Assembly (NCBI GenBank): GCA_000165425.1
Contig: CT868020.1
Coordinates: 244,699 to 264,698, forward strand
Direction: 5' to 3'
Origin: Paramecium tetraurelia
Taxonomy: Eukaryota
Length of the DNA: 20,000 bases
Each line of letters starts with the position of its first letter. Positions within the stretch are counted from its first letter, which is position 1. The position numbers and the translations under genes are program-made. The notes beneath the pieces are model-generated. The model saw nothing but the letters and a program-made list of their open reading frames with translations. It did not search any database and was not told the origin of the DNA. Shown in pieces: positions 1-11,183 of the stretch.

Positions 1-488
1 GCTGACAAGAGTCCAGTATTTGCAGGCTTTTTGGTAAATTCAGCCTACAAGAGAAATCAATAAAGAAATGTGATTCAAGCTCTTACAAAAGTAAATGAGG
101 CTCATTATGTTTTAGGAAGGATTTCATGAGGTCACTTAGAATTTGCTGAACACTATGATTGATAATCAAAGAATTTCTTATCTAACTAAGACAGCTGATA
201 AATTCATTGAATATTATAGAATCTTTAATAAGGAAGAAAATATCACTATTATTTCTGCTGAAAACTTATCAGAAGAGCAAAGGTAAATATAGAGGGATTT
301 ATTATAGATCACAAGTAATTTAGGCCTTGAAGGAATCAAGTCCCAATATGCAATTCTCAGTTCAATACAAGGTGGATCCATCCATTTTGGGAGGATTACA
401 AATGTATTCAGGAAATAAATTCTTGGATTGCTCTTTGTAGTCAAGAGTTAATAAATTGAGGTCAGAATTGTAAAAGTTGAGCATCTGA
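1..488 (+). CDS. Mitochondrial ATP synthase OSCP (delta/subunit O), 5'-truncated by the window
   Basis: Code-6 translation with 25-nt introns 91-115 and 283-307 gives ...NLLNTMIDNQRISYL...FSVQYKVDPSILGGLQMYSGNKFLDCSLQSRVNKL..., the OSCP C-terminal VDPSILGG motif. TGA at 486-488. Confidence 0.9.
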
Positions 489-541
489 TGAAGAATAAGT
501 ATTAATAATAAATATTATATATATATATATTATAAATATTA

Positions 542-2306
542 ATGGACATTCTCAAAGACCCTACCAATGATAGATAGGTGAAGACTCTAAAGCCTCCTCC
601 TCATCGACCACTCTCAAAAAATCTGATGTTTCCAGATAAATTGAAAAGTACGCCACAAAATTACATTTTTTAGACAAACCTGATTGGAAATTATTGAAAG
701 ATCATCTTTAAAAAGAGGGAAGAGTAGCAAAAGAAGAATTATTTAAATTGGTTGCTGATTGCAATAAATTATTGAGTAAAGTGACATATTGATTGTTAGA
801 AAATGAGGGAAATGTTCTATATTTGCAAGATCCACTTACTGTTGTTGGTGATATTCATGGGTATGTACCTAAATTTAAATAGATAATTTTATGACTTACT
901 TAAATTATTGGAACCCAAAGTTGGTGGCAACCCTGAGACAACAAAGTAAAATAATTTTACATTATTAGATATCTCTTTTTGGGAGATTTCGTAGATAGGG
1001 GATCATATTCAATAGAAGTAGTCATTTTACTTTATGCGATAAAAATTAATTATCCCAATACTGTTTATTTTTTGAGAGGCAATCACGAATGCAGATAACT
1101 GACAGCATTTTTTAATTTTAAAGATGAATGTACCTATCAATGTTATGATAGGTCTATACAAATATGATTAGGAAACCTACGAGATGTTGATGGATTCCTT
1201 TGATCTATTTCCATTGGCATGTATAATAAATTCAAAATTTATTGCAATTCATGGCGGAATCTCACCTGATTTAAAATCAGTAAAATTTTGATTAATATTT
1301 AGATTGAAGACATAAAGAAATTGGACAGATACCACGAACCACCTCGAAGTGGACTCTTTTGTGATTTGCTATGGAGTGATCCAGTAGATCATGATTAAGG
1401 AAACCTGGATGGATAATGGAAAAGCAACGAGGTTCGTGGATGCAGTTGGTTCTTTGGGATTGATGCAAGCATGAAATTCTTGCAGAGAAACAGTCTCATC
1501 AGTATCATCAGAGCTCATGAAGTAAAGTTCACTCATATTTAAATAGGCACAACTTGATGGATATAAAATGCATCGATGGAATGGTGGCTAAGATTTCCCG
1601 GTTGTGATTACTATTTTCAGTGCCCCCAACTATTGTGACGTTTATAACAATAGAGGTGCAGTGATCAAATTCGAAGTAAGAATCAATTATGAAAATAATA
1701 GAACAATACTCTAAATATTTAATAATTTTAATATACTCCACATCCATATTTACTTCCCAATTTTATGGACATATTTACTTGGTCGATACCTTTTGTGGCT
1801 GAGAAAATCACTGAAATGCTTTACAATTTAATCTAAGCAGGAGATCAAGGAGATGATGAAGATGATGTTAATTAAGAGGACATTGAACAATTCAAATAAT
1901 TAACTAATCAAAATAAGCAGTTTAATAAATAACAATCAGGAGGATCAACTGGAAAAAGTAATTATTATAAATTATAAATTAAAAGGCACAGAGAAATTGA
2001 AAAATAAACTGAAATTCGTTGCAACCATGATGAAACTCCAAAAGACACTCAGAGAAGAAAGTGAGAGTGTTATGAAATTGAAAGGAGCGTGTCCAGATAA
2101 AAGATTGCCTAAAGGTATACTATCAGCTGGTAAAACAGCTATTACTGATGGTAAAATGTATGATCATTGTAGCCCTTGCTGATTTCAATGTCGCCAAAAC
2201 TGCTGATATAGTTAATGAGAAAATGCCAGCTCAAGCATAAATCCCTTAACAATCTATATCAATCAAAAAACCCAGTAATAATACACCTTAGCCCAAGAAA
2301 AAATGA
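542..2306 (+). CDS. CaNA: Calcineurin A (PP2B catalytic subunit)
   Basis: [19 protein letters not shown]..., PPP motifs [36 protein letters not shown]. Also CnB-binding [20 protein letters not shown], CaM-binding [22 protein letters not shown] and autoinhibitory [15 protein letters not shown]. About 10 introns of 22-28 nt (e.g. 648-673, 776-799, 861-882, 946-968, 1130-1151, 1958-1985). TGA at 2304-2306. Confidence 0.97.
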
Positions 2307-2594
2307 GAATCCAATCCATATATTCAAATATAGATGTGTAATAATAATAATTATTATTATCATCATCATTTGTTTCATATTTATATAAGATTTAGTCTCC
2401 CTTGATTTATTTATAAGAACAAGGTATGGGATCTACTCTTCCTCTATTTCCCTGCTTGATTTTCGCAAGATCAAAACGAAAACTAATTTAAATTCGATTC
2501 TTAATACAAAGTTTATATTATTTTTCCTAAATATTAGAATGAAAAATAAGTGATACAAAATAGACTAGCTTTAATAATTATTTCAAATATCGAG

Positions 2595-4408
2595 ATGTAT
2601 ATTGAGTATGTTTAGAATAATTTCAACCCCTCTGCTTCAGAATTAGAGTTATTGAAATCCTAAGAAATAAAAGAATTATACGAATATATTTAGCAATAAG
2701 GAGGATTTATTAAAGTATCATAGAACACTATTTGTAGTATTATTCGCAACAGTACAATGAATTTCAATCCTATGATAACAATGAAATTCTGCAATTGTTT
2801 CAAAAATACTTATTAAATTATGAATTGAGAACAACAGATGTGGATGGACAATATCTGCACAGATGTGCATATATAGAACTTAATAAAGCAATAAATTGTT
2901 TTACAGAACCTCCGTAGATGTGGCTATAAGATTAAGTTACTCTATGGTCGTTGCCTAATTATGTATCTGCAGAATTGAACAAAAATCTGTTTACTTTCTA
3001 AGATTTATCAAAAAATCACAAAAATTTTGAAATTGATATTATAGCTTAGAATCCATTTACTGATACAACATTGGCAGAGGAGGAAAATTATTATTAAACC
3101 TTCAGAATGACATTAAGTTAATATAAAGAATATGCCGAAGATCCAAAATTATTTTTTTAAAACAATCCCCAATATAAAAGTGATAAAGTTTACTAGGCAG
3201 TAAATGTTGATATGGAGGACTGGAAGGAGGAAATCCATAGATTATTTGATTTCTTACCCACCTGCTTCACAAGAAACAACGGATTGAATTATCTAAGGTA
3301 GAATTGTAAAGGTGCAAATGTGCCAGAAATATACATGAGAGTCTAGAATTGTTGGATAGGGGGATAATAGGATTTTTAAGGTCTGAGTTAAGTTAATATC
3401 AATCACGGCCCAGGAGATTGTGTTTGGACGATTATTGATGCCAACTATATCGATAAGTTATTTTCTATAACTCCTGATTTATTCAGGAAGGAGGGAAGGT
3501 GGTATGTCAATATTGAGTTTTTCCTCAAAAATCAAATACCTGTTAGACAAGTAATTTAAAAAAAAGGGGATATACTTATAATTGGGGCGGGATGTTTTTT
3601 TTAGGCCAAAAATATTGGAAATTCTATTCACACATCCTTCAATTTCTTAATGGTGGATGAATTTTCTATTCAACAAATTTATAAAAGACAGAATAGGAAT
3701 GATTTCTTTCGGTTTTAGGATGTTATTGCAATCAGAAATTTGTTTTTAGACATTTATATCCATGAGAAGTTAAGTATTTTACAAAACTACTTAAAATATT
3801 TTATCGATTAAGAATTTCGGCGTTAATTATCAAAAAATAAATTAACTAACTTTGAGTTATTTATATCTTCAAAAGATGTCTTAATTTGTACTAAATGCAA
3901 TAAAGAAATCTTTATATTTTTTTAATTCATCAAAGATTGGGTATATTATTGCCCAGATTGCTACGTTGATTATGAAAAAGTAATATACATGAAATACAGC
4001 ATTATCTAATTGAAATATCTCATTTAAGCTGATAACATTTAATGCTCGAAATTGTTGTGCAGTAACTATGTTGGGGAATCGAATTGTGCCTTAAAGTAGA
4101 TAATCTAAGAACAGGTTTAATTATCGGAGGAAGAAGATAATTCATCGATTTTTGAAAGTAGAAAATTCTTGGATGAATTCATTGTTGGGTTAAACATGGA
4201 ATCGTTGAATTCTCATTTATAAAATGGAGTATCTCAACAATAAGATGTTTTAAGTAATGACACTAGGCAAGTTCAAAAAATAACAAAGAAAATCAAGACT
4301 ATCAAATTACAACAGGTAAAAAAGAAGAAGCATAAAAAAAGTGCAAAATATTCAGAACTTTAAGTAATTAAGTACATATAATAAACCAAAAGAAGCATCT
4401 TAAATTGA
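2595..4408 (+). CDS. ARID + KDM6/UTX-type JmjC + C4 zinc-binding protein (~596 aa), predicted catalytically inactive; start codon uncertain
   Basis: One intron 2715-2737, then a TGA-free frame to 4408. ARID-like IKELYEYIQQQGGF...LQLFQKYLLNYE. KDM6-type GANVPEIYMRV...VNINHGPGDCVW and IPVRQVIQKKGDILIIGAG. Zinc motif CTKC...YCPDC, and a basic C-terminal KKKKHKK. Confidence 0.85.
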
Positions 4409-4648
4409 TGAATTAAATTATACATATATTATCTATAGCAATGAATCATTTCATGGAAATTATTGAATATTTTATAATTGTACTTATTTATTCAATTATT
4501 ATAATAAAGATTAATTAGCATTTTGCCATTTATACTAAATTTTAATCGAAGTGATTCCAACCGCACTGCATTTACAATCTAGTTTGATAATCAAATAACA
4601 TAATATTAGATGTATTGTTAAATTATCTATTAAACACAAATTATGTAA

Positions 4649-5385
4649 TCAATTTATTCCCCATATTTTTTCAAATACCTTATAATATGTGCTTTTTAAA
4701 GATTTTGGCTAATATCAATAAGCTTTCTTACATCATGTTGATAATAATAATGTATGATAGCGATAACAAATGAGAAAACAATAACATCTCCATGAGGAAT
4801 GTCTATCATTTTTCCCCTGCTTTTTAATAGGTTTATAACTGTTTCGCAAAATCTAGGAACTATACTTAAACAAATTTCCATTGCTCTACAATGAAATTCT
4901 AGAAATACCTAGTATTAGATTCTAGAAGGAGAGCAAATGAACTTATGAATCCACCAGATAATGGAACAAATGGGTCGACCTTTTTGAGGAGATTTTTTTG
5001 TTTGCACCAATTATATCTGAGGATTTGAACCATAAAGGAGAGGAAACAAATGCTTTTAAAATATGAAACAAGAGCTCTGCTTATTGTGGATATAGGACTA
5101 ATGATTCAATAGTATTTATGATACCTCTTCATAACTTGTTTTCGTTTGTACAGCAGAAAAGGAATCAGATGAACTGGTAAATACACTTTTGAATTGGATC
5201 TCATGATTCTTGGAAGACTATAATAAGGGATTTCGAATTATACTTACTTTGATAAAATGTTTATTTCACAAGATAGTCCAGGATGCACGATTTCACAACT
5301 AAAGGGAGTTCCTAGTAGTTGGATGGATGATTCTACCTGATTAAATGATTAATTGATCTGCTGCACTGATCACATAACTAGTCAT
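4649..5385 (-). CDS. TMEM135/PMP52-like membrane protein
   Basis: MTSYVISAADQLIIQSG|TPFSCEIVHPGLSCE (intron 5312-5336), VYLPVHLIPFLLY, MEICLSIVPR, FSFVIAIIHYYYQHD|PKSLKSTYYKVFEKIWGIN*. These match the TMEM135 pattern. Several short introns. Confidence 0.8.
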
Positions 5386-5437
5386 GATAATTTTATTTAT
5401 TTTAAAATTTTAGTTGAAATCAATGGATTATAAACAT

Positions 5438-6825
5438 TCATTAATTGATCTTTTTAGTACTATAAGCAGCCAATCCAATTAATAATCCTTGAAAAATGAA
5501 TGTGCCATCAAATCTCAATATTGGGACTATCAATAGTATAGATAGAGAGGAAATGATGAAGCCTAACAATCCACTAAAATTGACAATTGGCAGGATGTCA
5601 GCACCTGTTTTTTTACCAAAAATCTAGAGTAATCCTGGACCTAAAATGACAATAATTCCTTTAGAAACTATCGATAACAAAAGATAATCTAAAAGATAAA
5701 TCAAAATGATACCAATAATGAATAAATCCTTCGAAATATTCAAGGAAATAGGAATCATTACAGCTATAATACTCATAATTATTAATAATTTGTGTAATAA
5801 GAGAGTAAATTTAACCTAATCAGCCATCTTACCAAAGATAAAATTAGCAATAGACCCTAAAATAATTGCAAGTGTGTCAACCCATGTAATCAATTAGTCA
5901 TTATTAATCTCTTAAACTAATAATATCTATTTACCTTTTGTAACACATAAGTTTTATAGTTTAATCCTAATGTCACTTCAAAAAAAAACACAGTGAAATA
6001 AGATCCAAGAATTATTTTGAATTGAGTTGTTTTTACAACTTGCAATAGAGGGTCATTTGGAGTAATTTTGATATTCTAAATTTCACTAGTCAACACCTAT
6101 AATTCCTGCTCTTCGGCCACCTCCAATTTTCTCTGGTTTATTAATATACTACCGCAAACACTTAAAGCGCCTGCTATAAATCCAGCAAACTTTATGGCTT
6201 AGTATGTATTAACAGCAACTTCCTCAGAGAAATATAGATATTCCTGAGAACCTACTTTCATCTATGTTAAAATTAATCAATTACTGATAAAGTTGCTTCT
6301 TCGTTGTTTGGATTTACTATATATGTCACTAGGAGTAAAAAAAAAAATGTCGCAAATCCAAATACTCCAAATAAAATACCTGTGACCATACCTTCTTCTT
6401 CTTAAAAGTGACTCCAGAGGCATTTCAACAAAGGAAAGGCTATTAAAGCATATCCTAAACCAATAAATCCCAAATAAAAAATTATAAATTCTAAATAAGA
6501 GTTTGCATGTAATGCTATGAGAAATGATAAGAATTATAATGATGTTGTGATTCTTATTAGTTTTTCGTAACCTATTCTATCTGCTAACTTTAATGAATAT
6601 ACTGATGCAGCAGCCAAAGGTATGCCCATCAATGCTAAAGGTAAGGTGTTGTAAGCGACTGATAAATTAGGATCATTCATTTTGTAATATGAATAATAAT
6701 AAACGTTAGATTTTCCCCAAGTCATCAATAGTGCTTATCCTGCTTTTACCAATACTGCACCTATTAGACATTTCTAATATATTTTATATTGTTTATACAA
6801 GGCTTTCAGGCGAATATTTATTCAT
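5438..6825 (-). CDS. Major facilitator superfamily transporter (OxlT / oxalate:formate antiporter-like)
   Basis: MNKYSPESL|KCLIGAVLVKAGQALLMTWGKSNVYYYSY, LADRIG, CLWSHF..EGMVTGILFGVFG, YIVNP, LNYKTY, FGKMAD. Multiple hydrophobic helices and three short introns. TGA at 5438-5440. Confidence 0.85.
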
Positions 6826-6856
6826 TAATTTAAAAATATTTAATTATTAAAAAGGA

Positions 6857-7279
6857 ATGTTTTAGTAAAAGGAATTCGATTACTCATAAACTCCAGAAGT
6901 GTAATAATTATACTAAGAATTTGTGGATGCTTTTGAAGAGAAACTAATTGTTGAGGATTTCATTCCAGTGGTGGAAGCAGCTTGTGGAGAACAATGCTCT
7001 CTATTATTAAAGAAATTACAAAGAAGAAAAAATCAAAAATTGGATTAGGATGAATTTTCGCAATAGTTCAACTTTGAATTGTCTGAACCAGAAAACTTCG
7101 ACTGCATCTATGAAGTCTTAGAATAGGGCAAAGGCAAAATAACTTTTGAAGGCCTCAAAGCAGCGAACTAGAAATACAAGTTTGGATTGACTGATTAAGA
7201 CATAAAGATTATGATTTAATACACTAATGTTAAGGATCAGCCTATTACTAAATCAGTATTTAGACAAATGATATCGTGA
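6857..7279 (+). CDS. Small degenerate centrin/calmodulin-like EF-hand protein (140 aa, intronless)
   Basis: TGA-free frame from ATG 6857 to TGA 7277. Centrin-like C-lobe IYEVLEQGKGKITFEGLKAANQKYKFGLTDQDIKIMI, with eroded EF-hand loops. Confidence 0.65.
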
Positions 7280-7312
7280 TTTACATTCAATATTATATTC
7301 AAATGAATAATC

Positions 7313-8392
7313 TCAATTAAACAACAGCCAATCTTTAGCTGTCTATTCAACAAATTCTCCAAAATTTACAAATACTATTCCAAATATTAAACTTAAAAGA
7401 ACTAAACCTATTAGCTTAATTTAGGATGAATATTTGTTTTTATTATTAGCTTGCTCAAATTCTTTTTGTATTTCATCATCCATTTTATTTATTTTATCAT
7501 CTTTTGTTTCATCTATAAACTTTTTCCTCATCTTCTAATTTTGTATAAACTGATTATCATATGATATATTCTTACTTTGATCAAAATATTAAAGTTTTTA
7601 TGTGTGAATACTATCTTTTTATAATTGCTAACTTTTCAATTAAGAATGAACCTTTTCCGTATCTGGAAATACAGTTTTCCAGATTAATCTCTAAAATGCA
7701 TCTACTTATGCTTTTTTGTCTGGAATTTCTTTATCATCCTCAGGTAAATCATTCTTTTACTTTTCTACTTTCTTTTCATTTTCTTTCAAATATTTCGACT
7801 GGGCTTCCTAAGTGTGAGAATTCTAATTTTATTACTATTTTAGCAAACCTAAATTACTTCATTTTAATCGACTTTATGCTACTCTTTTTTTTCAGATTAA
7901 AATTATTCTACTTGTTTTCCTTTTGGAACAATACATTTTATAATGGGACCACATATATCACATTCCCATTTATGACTTGCCAATGCTAAGGATTTTATTT
8001 AATTAGATGTATATTGAATTGAACCAACAGCAAAGTCTTTGACATGGAAATGTTATATTATTCCTTCGACCATAGTTCTGACTATAGAATAATTATTAAA
8101 TCAACTTACTTGTCCAACTTGGATTCCAATTTTCAGGGTGAAATTTTGTAATATTCAAGCAAATTTTTGTTTTTACTTCAAATCTTCCATTAGGAGTCAG
8201 AAAAAATATATTAGGAGGTTTTACGATTTTACCATGATAAATGCCTTCATCATAATCTGAATTTTCTGGGCCTCTTATTGTAAAATGCCATTCATATAGA
8301 TTGTTATTTATGCACTAGGCAACAAATGAAGACGGAGGATCATTTCTCAGCTACTCAAGCTCTTTTATTATTCTTTTTGTCATTAGGCTCAT
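7313..8392 (-). CDS. Tail-anchored ubiquitin-conjugating enzyme, Ubc6/UBE2J1-type, with an internal in-frame deletion
   Basis: RIIKELEQL, NLYEWHFTIRGP, YHGKI, LTPNGRFEVKQKICLNITKFHPENWNPSWT (catalytic Cys), WECDICG and a C-terminal TM LIGLVLLSLIFGIVFV. Introns 8082-8109 and about 7823-7848. Confidence 0.9.
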
Positions 8393-9015
8393 TTTGTTTA
8401 ATAAATAACAAAAAATTAATAAAATAGAATATTTCTCAAAACTGTGTTATTTGAGAGATAATTTAAGAGAATTGAATTGATAATTAAGATACTTGTTTTT
8501 AAACTTCATGCTGTCTAGTTAATGTGATTTTTGAGATATCCATAATGTCCTAAAAACTCCGAAATAAGTAAATCACATTTCCATCATAACAGTCAATGTG
8601 AGTAGAATTTTAATAACATTACAAAATTTCACTTAGAATTTGATTCAACCTAAATTATATGCAAGGCTTTATTTATGATGTTAATATGTCAAAATATAGA
8701 TTAAAACCGAATTTTACCTTAGAATCGATACGATTTTAAGAGTGAACTATGAAACTTCATTTGATTGATCTAAGCATATAACATCTAGATCTAAAACTAA
8801 GTTGAGCGAAATAGGTTATTTTGAATTGGTAAAAATATTATTAAAATAGTGTAATATTATTCATCATTAAATTTAAAAGATTAATTAACAATGAAATCGA
8901 TCATTAAAATTAACTAGAGATAACTTAATAGAGGCAGAAGTTAAATTAAGAACAAAGAATAATAATATATTTTAGAAATATAAAAATTATATAAATAAAT
9001 TGATCTTTTCAGCAG

Positions 9016-9639
9016 ATGTGGAATTATGTTACTTCTAGTAAAATTTTAGAACTAAAACAATAAGCCTATGTAAACATATTTCTATCTTTCAGTCATACGA
9101 TAGACATGTTAAATTAGTGAATAAGGCTAAGGCTACAGTTGATAATGGAAGTCCATACTAACATCAATTTACATCGAGATTAACGAACAAATATTAGTAT
9201 TGATATCTAGTTATTATTATGTAATAACACTACGCTGAGATAAATCGAAGTAATTCAGCCTTACTCAGAAGGATGATGTATATCAACTCTCACACTACTA
9301 ATCTCAATAAATAAAAGCTTGTAAAATCGTACAAGGAAATATCTCACGTTTTCAAAAACAACAAATAGTTGCACACTGAAAGAGACCGAGTGCAGGACGA
9401 AAATGAAGTAAGGATATCATAAATAAATAAATTAGAAAATAGTGGCCAGACTCTAAGCAACAAAATCTTATTATGAAAGAGATAATTAGCTGATTAAAGC
9501 TTAAAAGTACATAGCGTGTCGAAACAACATATCATAAAATGCAAGTATTAATATTGTAAGATCAGGACGAACGGCGTATCAGGACTTTTGTGATGAATCG
9601 TATGGGTTAACAAAGATATCTTTATCCAAGCAATACTGA
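9016..9639 (+). CDS. CFAP97/KIAA1430 (hemingway)-domain ciliary protein; possibly disrupted
   Basis: MWNYVTSSKILELKQQAY|SYDRHVKLVNKAKATVDNGSP...HYAEINRSNSALLRRMMYI...RDRVQDENE|KIVARLQATKSYY. Introns 9070-9092 and 9408-9435. An in-frame TGA at 9201-9203 lies in an intron-like segment with no usable AG. Confidence 0.65.
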
Positions 9640-9747
9640 TATGTATTTTATTTTAATTGGTGTGTCCCTTATGTTATTTGTAATATAAATCTCAAAAAAA
9701 AATTAAATATTAATCAAGGTATTTAAATCTTTTAATATATTTATTCA

Positions 9748-10430
9748 ATGGCTTCCTAAAATAGACCACCTTAAACTCGTCAATTGACTAAACCTAAATG
9801 TATTTGTCTAATTTTAACCTACTAGTTGACAAACTCAGCGATGTCAAACCAGGAATTCATGGATATAATACCTACGTCAAAGTAAGACTCAAATATCTAA
9901 ATCCTAGATTGAAGAAATCAAGAAAGAATAAATCAAAAGATATGACGGATCAACTTTGATTGTTGCTGAAGGTTTGGCCGGAGATGAGACTGGAGTCATT
10001 AGATTCAGAGTTGTTGGAGAATACGCCAACTAACTTGAGAAGGGTAAAAGTTATGCATGGAGAAACGGATTGTCTGAAGTCGTTCAAGAAAGACACAGAC
10101 TTTCACTTGATTAATTTGGACGCATAACTCCTGAAAAAGTAAATTAAGCAATTTATATATCAGGATGATTTAGTTGTCGTCAACTAAAATGGCAAGAAAT
10201 ACTCTGACATTGAATATGTGAGAAAGGAACCAAGACCAAATACAAACAGAAGAGAAAACAGAGACAATAGAGATAACAGAGACAATAGAGACAACAGAGA
10301 CAACAGAGATAACAGAGACAACAGAGATAACAGAGATAACAGAGAAAATAGAGATAATAGAGATAACAGAGGATAAAGAAGACCTTAAGGTAACAGAGGA
10401 AATAGAGGAGGAAATTAAAAGAGAGATTGA
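9748..10430 (+). CDS. Single OB-fold nucleic-acid-binding protein (At4g28440/SSB-like) with (NRD)n and RG-rich tail, ~201 aa
   Basis: LTKPKFDKLSDVKPG, VAEGLAGDETGVIRF, WRNG, RLSLDQFGRI, YSDIEY. Introns 9800-9825, 9882-9907 and 10139-10163. TGA at 10428-10430. Confidence 0.85.
10257..10373 (+). repeat. Coding 9-bp minisatellite, 13 units of AAY-AGA-GAN, encoding (N-R-D/E)12 then NRG
   Basis: Direct count of units (aacagagac/aatagagat/aacagagat...). Variation is almost all at synonymous third positions. Confidence 0.95.
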
Positions 10431-10600
10431 GTTAGTCAATATATGGAACATAATAATATTTTAACATCATTATTCTCTCTGTTGTAACTACTGAAATCAT
10501 TTATTAATTGATTCAAAAATCAATTGGATCATTCCTTCTCTATGATTATTTCAGAATTTAAAATAAATAAAGTAGATAATTTAAGTATAACTAAATATTC

Positions 10601-11002
10601 TCAATTAGCAAAGGATCTCCTTCTAGAAAACTCAGATCTTTGGGGCTAATGCTGATTTTTCTGAGTTTCAAATTTCTTCATTAGATAATAACAATTCAAT
10701 TTCTCGTAGTTATTTTCTTTATCCCCAATAAAGTAGGAGTCTTACTAGTTCATACTAAAATTCTGCACTCCTTTACTAAATTATTTTTGAGGGGTGTATT
10801 TCCTTAACTATGCTTTTGTCTCATAATTTCTATTTTCAATTGCCTATTGCAAATAATCTAATTTATTCATCATAGAATTGATGTTAAGCAAAATATCTTC
10901 ACATTATTAACTTGCTTTCAACTTTTTTGATTGATTTCGACTGGATGACAAGCTGTTTCTTACAGATTTTCTGTAACCACTGCTTTCCTAAACATATAGC
11001 AT
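10601..11002 (-). CDS. Hypothetical protein (133 aa, intronless)
   Basis: ATG at 11002 after an AT-rich leader, TGA-free frame MLYVQESSGYRKSVRNSLSSSRNQ...RRSFAN*. No recognisable motif. Confidence 0.5.
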
Positions 11003-11183
11003 ATTTATTTTTAACGAAAATTAATAATCATAAAAGTCATAAATATTTTACTTTCAATGTATATTTCTATTTCCCACTCTATTTTCTTTTAGAAAAATTC
11101 ACTTATTCTACTCTTTATTCCTTAGACTCTTGAATAGATAAGATAATCTGGGGAGTTTTAATTATATATTTATTTTTATAATA

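Noticed and set aside
511..540. (AT)n quasi-palindrome upstream of calcineurin A
   Set aside because: Ordinary AT microsatellite in an AT-rich spacer.
214..1747. Supplied minus-strand ORFs 214-444 and 1529-1747
   Set aside because: Antisense to OSCP and calcineurin A exons.
7561..7989. Supplied 142-aa hydrophobic plus-strand ORF
   Set aside because: Antisense to the Lys/Glu-rich part of the Ubc6-type gene.
8544..8752. Possible small spliced ORF (MSQKLRN|NQCEQ...KSEL*)
   Set aside because: About 60 aa with no motif. With only one stop codon, such frames arise by chance.
10170..10451. Supplied minus-strand ORF with (SVI/SVV)n repeats; the repeat also looks superficially array-like
   Set aside because: It is the antisense shadow of the NRD coding repeat. 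The 9-bp tandem units have no spacers, so it is not CRISPR.
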